Assembly (NCBI RefSeq): GCF_001194135.2
Contig: NC_068990.1
Coordinates: forward strand, 64,342,983-64,391,611
Reading direction: 5' to 3'
Origin: Octopus bimaculoides
Lineage: Eukaryota
DNA: 48,629 nt
Of the stretch, positions 1 through 10,239 are shown piece after piece. The notes beneath the pieces are model-generated. The model saw only the letters and a program-made list of their open reading frames with translations, was not told the origin of the DNA and made no database searches. The translations under genes were made by a program, and so were the position numbers. The stretch's first letter is position 1. The number at the start of each line of letters is the position of its first letter.

Positions 1-559
1 AGGAGGAGGGAGAGGAGGAGGGGGAGGAGGAGTGTAATGTGAATTCTTATTTTGTTGGGTTGACTTCACATTTTGTGTGTGCCATCTGAGTGGTTTTTAT
101 ATGTTTTAGCATTAGAAGATAATTTCACTGAGCAGTGATGAGAGAATTTGTTAGACCAGCACCCATTCTGACGACAAGTCAAACTGGCCAGCAATCCTCC
201 TTAAATCTTCCATAGTGGTATTCAAAGACAAATGAAGTTTAACCTGAATTTCCAGAACTCCATGAAATGATATTTAGTTCCCAAGTTTGGAAACACTGAT
301 GTACAGTATGAAGTGAAAGTGTTGCATGGGTAGAATAAAGATCAGCAACTTCTTTTTGCAGTGGCTCACTTTTCATCATTTTACATTTGCCCATGGCCCA
401 CATTCATATTACGCTGTATCTCACATATATAAATATTGTTGTCTTATACCAGTTTCCATTCCTTGCAGTGCTTAGATAAGCAAAAGTTGTGACACAAAAT
501 ACTACCTGAAAGTCATCAATGGTTAAAATACATTAAATTTGAAAATTTTTTGCAGTAAG

Positions 560-683
560 CCTGGTACTTATTCTATCAGTCTCTTTTGCCAAACCACCAT
601 GTTACAGGGACATAAACACACCAGCACCGGTTGTCAAGCAGGGGTGGGGTGGGGATGGGGAAGGACAAACACAGACAGAAAGA

Positions 684-722
<39 letters not shown>

Positions 723-741
723 GATGGGCTGAAAGAAGCCT

Positions 742-781
<40 letters not shown>

Positions 782-940
782 TATAATGGGCTTCTTTCAG
801 TTTTTGTCGACCAGATCCATTCACAAGTCTTTGGTCAGCCTGAGGCTATAGTAGAAGACACTTGCCCAAGATGCCATCCAGTGGAACTGAACCCAGAACC
901 ATGTGGTTGGAAAGCAAACGTCTTACCACACAGCCATGCC
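560..940 (-). mobile_element. tRNA-derived CORE-type composite SINE
   Basis: Reverse strand GGCATGGCTGTGTGGTAAG...GGTTCAGTTCC...TTGGGCAAGTGTCTT, then a microsatellite and a conserved tail. Other copies are at about 2040-2170 (-), 4880-5043 (-), 21225-21350 (+), 32452-32610 (+) and 41845-42220 (+). Confidence 0.85.
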
Positions 941-1547
941 ATCGTTTTTACACCCACTTCTTTTGAAGATTATAAAGAAATAAATATGTTTATAATCCTT
1001 ATTGAAACAGTGGGCAATTGCATCAATAGTGTGTATTATTAGTGTTTACTTTATCACATCAAAAGAAATAAAAGAACGCATTGATTCAGCCATGATTTCA
1101 ACTTAAAAGACAATAAATCTATAATGGAAACTTTACAACATCACTCAACAAACAAGAATTAGCAGACAAATCTCTCTTAAATCACACTTTCTAATCGTAA
1201 AAAGGGAGGAACTCATTGCATAGTTTGATCCTAGAGTCTCTGTCTTTTATCTTTTGCTTGTTTTTTGTCATTGAACAGCAGCCATGCTGGGGCACTGCTT
1301 TCATGGTGTCCCAGCATGGCTGCAATCCAATAACAAATCATCCCCTGTACTTATCTTTGAAGTCTGATATTTACTATGTCAATGTATTTTACCAAACTGC
1401 TAATTTACAGGAACATAAACAAACCAACACTTTTTGAATAAGTAGGCCATTTTTTTCTGGAACGTTGAATACAAAATGGACAAAAAGCAAATTCACACAA
1501 AAACTGTAAGAACTTTCTTGACAACCTAATACATATGTATATATAGA

Positions 1548-2005
1548 AGAGTATTGTAGTTCGCTTGAAGCATTGTGTATTGTTTGTAAAGAATAAAGAG
1601 TTTAGAATGGTACAACAATGCACTATAAAACAAAAAATGGACTATATACCTGTTGTAATTTGGTTATCTATAGTCCGATGATATTTCAGAATTACAATTC
1701 CTTCTTCAGATCTTCTTAGATGGAGTCTCTGCTATAAACAGAGACTCCATCTAGCAGAGACTCCATCTAGCAGAGACTCCATCTAGCAGAGACTCCATCT
1801 AGCAGAGACTCCATCTAGCAGAGACTCCATCTAGCAGCGACTCCATCTAGCAGAGACTCCATCTAGCAGAGACTCCATCTAAGAAGATCTGAAGAAGGAA
1901 TTGTAATTCTGAAATATCATCGGACTATAGATAACCAAATTACAACAGGTATATAGTCCATTTTTTTGTTTTATAGTGCATTGTTGTACCATTCTAAACT
2001 TTTTA
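1548..2005. mobile_element. Palindromic Penelope-type pLTR element, family A, with hammerhead-like motifs
   Basis: Near-perfect inverted arms at about 1599-1734 and 1864-2000. Each contains gat-CTGAAGA-a-ggaatt/aattcY-GAAA-ta-TC-atc. A solo copy is at 15327-15511. Confidence 0.7.
1739..1880 (+). repeat. Tandem 16-mer (CAGAGACTCCATCTAG) x8 plus a 14-nt partial unit
   Basis: Counted directly; one unit has an A>C change. There are no spacers, so this is not a CRISPR array. Confidence 0.95.
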
Positions 2006-2254
2006 TATGTATATATATACAATGGGCTTTCACACAGTTTCCAGCTATCAAATTCAATCACAAGGCATCAGTCTGCTCAAGGCTATAATAGAAAATACTT
2101 GCTCAAGTGACACACAGAGGGACTGAACCCAAAACCACAAAGTTGCCAAGCAGATTTCTTAACCACTTAGCAGGTATGAGGTCAACTCATGAACAGTTCA
2201 TTACTTAGTCAATTTATATAGTTATAGTCAAAGTGAAGGCACATAGCTTAGTGG

Positions 2255-2575
2255 TTATGGTATTCAGCCCATGGTTATGAAGTCATGACTTTGATACTTG
2301 GCAGTACATTGTGTCCTTGAGCAACACACTTTATTTCATGGTACACCAATCTACTCAGCTGGCAAAAATGAGTAGTACCTGTATTTCAAAGGGCCAGCCT
2401 CATCACATTCTATGTCACGCTAAATCTCCCTGAAAACAATGTTAACGGCAGTGCATGTCGGTGGAGTGCTCAGCTATTTGCACATTAATTTCATTAATTT
2501 CATGAGCAAACTGTTCCGTTGATCGAATCAACTGGAACCCTTGTCATTATAACTGACAGAGTGCCAGTTTAGAGT
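2255..2575 (+). mobile_element. tRNA-derived CORE-like SINE of a second family
   Basis: TAGCTTAGTGGTTA head, TGTGTCCTTGAGCAA core and GTTCCGTTGATCGAATCAACTGGAACCC tail. Fragments occur at about 4825-4860, 28880-29015 and 32625-32700. Confidence 0.7.
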
Positions 2576-2698
2576 TATAGTCAATTTGTAAAGGTATGAT
2601 TAATCAAACTTAGTTCTATATTTAAGAGATGAGGAATTATGTACATTATTTACATTATTTATATTTGATGGATATTTGTCCTCGTCTTGTTTGTTGTT

Positions 2699-2744
2699 AA
2701 CACAATGTTTCAGCTGATATACCCTTCAGCCTTCATCAGGTGTC
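2699..2744 (-). ncRNA. Minimal hammerhead ribozyme, partly decayed copy
   Basis: Reverse strand reads gacac-CTGATGA-a-ggctg...cagct-GAAA-ca-TT-gtgtt; a CG>CA change breaks the stem III palindrome. Confidence 0.6.
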
Positions 2745-2791
2745 TTGCGGAAATTTTGAATCTGGGTTCTCATTCCTAAGGTATTTTTTAA

Positions 2792-2825
<34 letters not shown>

Positions 2826-2827
2826 GA

Positions 2828-3050
2828 GGTCACTGCCTGGAATCGAACTCGGAATCTTGAGGTTAGTAGCCCGCACTCTTAACCACTACGCCATATGTCC
2901 ACGGGCACTGCCTGAAATCGAACTCAGAATCTTGGGGTTTGTAGCCCGCACTCTTAACCACTAAGCCATATGCCCACAGGCATATGGCGTAGTGGTTAAG
3001 AATGCAGGCTACTAACCCCAAGATTTTGAGTTCGATTCCAGGCAGTGACC
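2828..3050. ncRNA. Three tRNA-derived (SINE-head-like) units: 2828-2900 (-), 2903-2975 (-), 2979-3050 (+)
   Basis: Each unit has an A-box-like TGGCGTAGTGGTTAAG and a B-box GAGTTCGATTCC/T. Acceptor and T stems pair poorly, so these are not functional tRNAs. Confidence 0.75.
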
Positions 3051-3118
3051 TTAATAATAATAATGATAACATCAAAAGATACCTTCGGAATGAGAACCCA
3101 GGTTCAAAATTTCCCCAA

Positions 3119-3164
3119 GACACCTGATGAAAGCTGGAGGGTATATCAGCTGAAACGTTGTGTT
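3119..3164 (+). ncRNA. Minimal type I hammerhead ribozyme
   Basis: gacac-CTGATGA-a-agctg...cagct-GAAA-cg-TT-gtgtt: stem I gacac/gtgtt, 5-bp stem II, palindromic ACGT stem III. Confidence 0.75.
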
Positions 3165-3751
3165 AACAACAAACAAGATGAGGACAAATATCCGTCAAAT
3201 ATAAATAATGCAAATAATGTAATCAAACTTATTTCATTAGATTGTTAGGACATGTCTTATCAAGCCCAAAGAAATGAGGTACGCAATGAAATATAAGAAA
3301 GTAAGAAAGTAAAGCAAAAATCAACTCACAACTGGGAAGATAAAACTGAATAATGTAAAATTATTTGGTGTGGCACTCTGTCAGTCTTGGCTATCAGCCA
3401 TCATCAAATTTTAATGGGTAGCAGAATGTGTTTTATAAAACAAACGAAAGACCTGCCATCATAAAACTTGGTATCGTTATTGTACTTTGATCTGCCAAAC
3501 AAAACGTGCATCAAAAAGCCCATGAAATGCTATAAAATGTTATATCTTTTATTTGATTACTTTCACAAAAATGTAACCTGTGTAGCATTAAATTATTACA
3601 CTTTGACCTTCCATACTAAATATGCCATTACGCTTTTACTTGAGAAATGCCATAGTATGGTGTGTATCTTTTCATTACTGTAAAGCCACTTCAGGAAGAG
3701 AGTTATCAGCTTGCATCCCCCACACAACTGTAACTTTATCTATTGGCCTTT

Positions 3752-3837
3752 CTACAAGTGGACTGTGTCAGCTTTTGACATTTCTTGCTTTTTGTACTTC
3801 CATAGCAAGTCCAACAAAGAAATAGTTCCAAATATTC
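3752..3837 (-). CDS. Predicted terminal coding exon: (G)[27 protein letters not shown]
   Basis: Acceptor cttatccacctctcag, phase 1, TAG at 3754-3752, AATAAA about 200 nt downstream on the - strand. Confidence 0.55.
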
Positions 3838-4238
3838 CTGAGAGGTGGATAAGAGTTGAGTGAGGGTGGAGTTATCAATGCCCTCGATTCTGTGTTAGAA
3901 GTGGACAGTGAGGAAGAGAGAAGTAGGAGGTAGGTTGGTAGAGAAAGAGAGATAAGAGCCAAGACAGACAGACAGACAGACAGACAGAGACAGAGGGACA
4001 AAGAGTAAGAGTGAGTGAAAGAGTGAATGAGCAAGAGAAACTGAAATAGAGTGAGTGAAAGGAAGAGTGACAGAAAGTAAGTAAGGATTTTCTCTTCAAG
4101 ACTTTTAATGGAAGTATTTAATCTTAATCTATAAGCTGCTGTTTGTATTTGATGATAATAAAAACGCAAAAATAGTATGTGTGTATAGGTTAATATATAT
4201 AGAAAGTGGTGGGGGAGAAAGTCAGTGAGAAAGCAAGA

Positions 4239-4277
<39 letters not shown>

Positions 4278-4859
4278 TATTAGGTTAAATACATTATGTT
4301 CTTTAGCCTTTTCTTTCTACCTCTTGAGTTCAAATGCCACTGGGTTTTGACTTTGCTCTTTTACCATTGTGATGTCAATAATATAAATGTATGTTAGTTT
4401 GAAAGTGAGAATGTCTAACCATTCATAACCTATTACCCCTAATATCAGCCTACTAACTGGTCAAAGGAGAGTTGTGTTAACTGATAAACAGTACAGTGTA
4501 CCGATATGCAATAGGCTAAGATTATTCTCTGATTTCGAATGTTGATTCAAGATATTTAATTAAAAATGATGTGAATATCACAACACAAATAACTCTCTAC
4601 CGGCCACAAACAAAAAAAATCAATAGACTTTTCTTTTTCTTTTTTTTCTTTTAATGATTTATTGAAATGTGAAAGAGCAACATCTGTGATTCTTTCCAGG
4701 GCCTTCAAGACTAGTGGTATGAAGGGAAGGAATTACCCTCTGATAGGAGACTTTGCTCAAATTTAGTTCATCTGTTCACATTTACATCCATTTTCTCATG
4801 CTACCATGGTTTAAACAAATATAGACTGGAACCCTCGACGTCATAAGCGACGGAGTGCA

Positions 4860-4899
<40 letters not shown>

Positions 4900-6225
4900 T
4901 GGGCTTCTTTCAACTTCTGTCTACCAAATCCACTCACAAAGCTTTGGTTGACCTAAGGCTATAGTAGTAGACACTTACCCAAAATGTCACTCACTTACCC
5001 AAATGGTTGGGAAACAAGCTTCTTACCACACAGCCATGCCTGCACCTATATATATATATATATAAATTTATATGCAGTTAAGTATATGTCCGATCATAGA
5101 ATGACCAGTAGTTTCACATCCATAAAGGGTTTAGCCCCATGGACGATTCTAAGAATTATATGCCAAGGGCATATAATTCTTAGAAGAGAGTTGAAGAATA
5201 ATATGCTTTCAGCTTTAGAATTTCACGAGTTGTCCATGGGGTTGAGCCTTTTATGGATGAGAAACCATTGGTCACTCTATGACCAGACATATACTAAACT
5301 GCGTATAAATACATTACTCCTCAATACTTTAGAGTGTGCATCTTTTTCAGATATATGATACACTATATATCTATACATATATATATATATATATATATAT
5401 ANNNNNNNNNNNNNNNNNNNNNNNNNNNNNNNNNNNNNNNNNNNNNNNNNNNNNNNNNNNNNNNNNNNNNNNNNNNNNNNNNNNNNNNNNNNNNNNNNNN
5501 NNNNNNNNNNNNNNNNNNNNNNNNNNNNNNNNNNNNNNNNNNNNNNNNNNNNNNNNNNNNNNNNNNNNNNNNNNNNNNNNNNNNNNNNNNNNNNNNNNNN
5601 NNNNNNNNNNNNNNNNNNNNNNNNNNNNNNNNNNNNNNNNNNNNNNNNNNNNNNNNNNNNNNNNNNNNNNNNNNNNNNNNNNNNNNNNNNNNNNNNNNNN
5701 NNNNNNNNNNNNNNNNNNNNNNNNNNNNNNNNNNNNNNNNNNNNNNNNNNNNNNNNNNNNNNNNNNNNNNNNNNNNNNNNNNNNNNNNNNNNNNNNNNNN
5801 NNNNNNNNNNNNNNNNNNNNNNNNNNNNNNNNNNNNNNNNNNNNNNNNNNNNNNNNNNNNNNNNNNNNNNNNNNNNNNNNNNNNNNNNNNNNNNNNNNNN
5901 NNNNNNNNNNNNNNNNNNNNNNNNNNNNNNNNNNNNNNNNNNNNNNNNNNNNNNNNNNNNNNNNNNNNNNNNNNNNNNNNNNNNNNNNNNNNNNNNNNNN
6001 NNNNNNNNNNNNNNNNNNNNNNNNNNNNNNNNNNNNNNNNNNNNNNNNNNNNNNNNNNNNNNNNNNNNNNNNNNNNNNNNNNNNNNNNNNNNNNNNNNNN
6101 NNNNNNNNNNNNNNNNNNNNNNNNNNNNNNNNNNNNNNNNNNNNNNNNNNNNNNNNNNNNNNNNNNNNNNNNNNNNNNNNNNNNNNNNNNNNNNNNNNNN
6201 NNNNNNNNNNNNNNNNNNNNNNNNN

Positions 6226-6276
<51 letters not shown>

Positions 6277-6295
6277 GACACAGAGAGAGACAGAG

Positions 6296-6360
<65 letters not shown>

Positions 6361-6602
6361 TATTATCCTGTCTTGATTCACAAGAAGGATTAAGTTACAA
6401 GATTCAATACATAAGTGTAGAGTATTCTTTAATATATTATAACTGAAAGGCTCCTAATTCCGGCACTGTGAGTTACATGTTACTGATCACTTAACTGGTA
6501 ATCTGAGCCTGCTTTTCGTTTGAAATATTTACTGTTTGAATATATTACTGAAGTATTACATGTATGCATATATGTGTGCACGCATGCATGTGTGTGTGAG
6601 CG

Positions 6603-6648
<46 letters not shown>

Positions 6649-9600
6649 NNNNNNNNNNTGTGTGTGTGTGTGTGTGTGTGTGCGTGTGTGTCTGTGTGTG
6701 TGTGCATGTGTGCATGAGTGCATGTGTGAGCATGTGTGTGAGCATGTGTGTGAGCATGTGTGCTTGTCTGTGTGTGTATGTATATGTGTGTGTACATATA
6801 TATATTATATATATATTATGTACATATATGTATTATATATGTGCATGTGTGTTTGTGTGTATGTGTGTGAGTGTGTGTATGTATGCATATATGTATATGT
6901 ATGTGCATGTGTCTTCTGATAGAAAGGGTCATATATATTTATATGCATATTCATGCATGCACAAAGGCACACATGTACAAAGAAAATAAACAGAATTAAT
7001 AAGAATGAAGAATGAAGAGAAGCGAATGACAAAATATAACATCAGCAACATCAGCATCAAAAATGGCAATAACAGCAAGAACAACAACAAGGAAAAGATG
7101 AAAAATAAGAAAGAAGACAGGATGCTTTGATGAACCCACAATTGGCAAATGCTGCATTCTTCCAGCTTATTGATTCATCAAATGTAGAGATTCGTTCATG
7201 CTTTCATGATACTGTTCTGTGCTATTCAAGCATGAAGTAAACAAAAATAAAAATAAAAATCCAAGAAAATGACCTCTGACCTTTCTATCCTAAGCTTTTC
7301 ATCCACTTCAAACTAAGCATCATGTCAGGATGTTGCTGCACATTTAAGATTGCATTTCACTAAAATGCAGTTTTAGTATATGCATTGATAAATAAATGGT
7401 ATGCAAATGGATGATGATATTCTATTGTGAATAATTCTCTATTCACCTTGTCATCTTCATCATTACCATATCATCATCATCATCGTCATCATTATCATCA
7501 TCATCATTGTCATCATCATTGTCATTATCATTGTCATCATCATTTTCATCATCATCATCATCATCATATTATGACAATGATCCTGATCTCCATGGCTCCC
7601 AGGACTATTATTATCTTCATTGTTATTCTTATCCAGAGCAACATCACCAACATTACCATCAACATCGTCATAATCCTATTCAAGACAAAAGAGATTTCTA
7701 CATGGGTTCTCTGCCAGCTAGAAATATCATCCAAATCTCCTTCACATCACACTCTATCATCATAAAAAGGATGCATTTGATAATGTAGTCATAGATACAC
7801 TGTGGTTGAAAAAGATGGAATGATCAGGGCTGAATAGTTTGTAGCAGTGATTCGAAACTGAATCATGGCCAAGCACCACAACCAAACCACAATAGTTGCA
7901 CATGATTACTCTATTGTGCAAACAATCAACATCAGGCCACCACATAACTCAATTTTCTAGAATATCCTTCTGGTACCCTATAAAAGCCTGCTTTTGACAC
8001 CTAAACTTTTTTCAGAAAGTTGAGGCTGCTGAACAACATGTGTTTCTATTCTTGCCATGCAATGGTTCCAAACATTTGGACAGACAAATCCAGGATCTTG
8101 GATAGAGTGAACTAACACTCACACAATGTCTCTTAAGTAACTTCTTTGAACACAATGTCTCTTAAGCGGTCTGGTTTCCCATCCCTTGTCTGTAATTATT
8201 GCTGTTGTTAACTGTAAATGGCTAATTCAGTTTGTCATTATGTGCAATAAACATTGTAGTTAAACGTTTATGGGTTTTGCTTCTATTAACCATACAGCTA
8301 ACAAAATATATTTTCTTTCACTAAATCAACAATTACAACTCCTTAAAACAATAGATCATAGGTCTACTTGAATATTGCTGACCTGGACTACACAACATCA
8401 TAATTTTCATCATGGGATGATCCTCACAATGACTAGGATTAAATCTATTAACCATTTTGATCTCTGCAAAATACAGAACAAAAGATTTTGGTAGGGGCTT
8501 TGCCAAGAGATTGGTACTTCGTGTTCAAAGTGTTGCTGGATACACACAAACTTGTGCATTCTCTAGCAGATTTGTGTACCTCACTCAGAGGATCAGGAAA
8601 ATATCTAACTTTGGTGGGATGCAATTTAGATCAATATAAAGCAGAGTTCAAGCATTACTAACTGGCAGCCATCATAAGGGCAGCTGGCTTCAGTTCTGTT
8701 TTCAGAAGCTAAATCAGCACAACATAAAGTAGCATAATTAGGAATAGGGTGCAGAAAAGGTTCACTATTGATGATGCTTTTATGGGGATAGCACTTTTGA
8801 GTCTGCTGTATAAGCTTGTACAGGAAGTGGGGTTGGGGGCAATGGGCAGCTAACTGAATGGTCTACCCAGGCAACACACCTTCTAGCTACCCCACTGACA
8901 ACATAGAGCAGCATCTGTTTGGTGCACAAACTAAATAGCCACCTGTTAGAAACATTTCACTTCACAGGTATTTTGTCTGTTACTCTAAGGATCCTACCAA
9001 ATAATAATGATCTTCAAAATAGGCACAAAAACCACAAAGATTTGGGTGTAGATGTAGATGGTACTTGACTGCTATTTATCTCATTATAACTGAAAGGAGG
9101 ATGAATGGCAGATTTGAACCTGGCTAGAACTGATTTCAAATTATAAATAAAATTCTACAAGGCGTAGGAGTGGCTGTGTGGTAAGTAGCTTGCTTATGAA
9201 CCACATGGTTCCAGGTTCAGTCCCACTATGTGGCACCTTGGGCAAGTGTCTTCCACTATAGCCTCGAGCCGGCCAAAGCCATGTGAGTGGATTTGGTAGA
9301 TAGAAACTGAAAGAAGCCCATCGTATATATGTATGTATATGGCAGTGAAACATTGGCTGTAACTGCTGAGGACATACGTAAGCTCGCAAGGAATGAAGCC
9401 AGTATGCTCCGTTGGATTTTTTATTGTCAATGTGAATACCCGTCAGAGTGTAAGTATCTTGAGAGAAAAGCTGAACATTAGAAGCATCAGTTGTGGCGTG
9501 CAAGAGAGACGATTGCGCTGGTATGGACATGTGGTGAGAATGGATGAGGATANNNNNNNNNNNNNNNNNNNNNNNNNNNNNNNNNNNNNNNNNNNNNNNN

Positions 9601-10195
9601 NNNNNNNNNNNNNNNNNNNNNNNNNNNNNNNNNNNNNNNNNNNNNNNNNNNNNNNNNNNNNNNNNNNNNNNNNNNNNNNNNNNNNNNNNNNNNNNNNNNN
9701 NNNNNNNNNNNNNNNNNNNNNNNNNNNNNNNNNNNNNNNNNNNNNNNNNNNNNNNNNNNNNNNNNNNNNNNNNNNNNNNNNNNNNNNNNNNNNNNNNNNN
9801 NNNNNNNNNNNNNNNNNNNNNNNNNNNNNNNNNNNNNNNNNNNNNNNNNNNNNNNNNNNNNNNNNNNNNNNNNNNNNNNNNNNNNNNNNNNNNNNNNNNN
9901 NNNNNNNNNNNNNNNNNNNNNNNNNNNNNNNNNNNNNNNNNNNNNNNNNNNNNNNNNNNNNNTGACACATAAAAGACACCATTTCGAGCGTGGCCGTTTT
10001 TGTGCGGGTGACACGTAAAAGCACCCACTACACTCTCTGAGTGGTTGGCATTAGGAAGGGCATCCAGCTGTAGAAACTCTGCCAAATCAGACTGGAGCCT
10101 GGTGTTGCCATCCGGTTTCACCAGTCCTCAGTCAAATCGTCCAACCCATGCTAGCATGGAAAGCGGATGTTAAACGATGATGATGATGATGATGA

Positions 10196-10239
<44 letters not shown>

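Larger units (their letters stand above)
2613..3219. mobile_element. Palindromic tRNA-head + (TAA)n + hammerhead element, family B
   Basis: Inverted arms at about 2642-2899 and 2979-3219 with tRNA-like units at the centre. The 12-mer TAATCAAACTTA flanks both ends (2601-2612, 3220-3231). Confidence 0.8.

Noticed and set aside
1739-1880. CRISPR-like array
   Set aside because: Identical 16-mers with no spacers, no cas genes and a eukaryotic context.
2828-3050. Functional tRNA genes
   Set aside because: A and B boxes are present, but acceptor and T stems pair poorly and the units are embedded in a repeat.
5277-6381. Long ORFs of 320-336 aa and other X-rich ORFs in the track
   Set aside because: Artefacts of N gaps and microsatellites.
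7427-7788. His-rich and Ser-rich ORFs
   Set aside because: Translations of a (CAT)n microsatellite and its degenerate flank.
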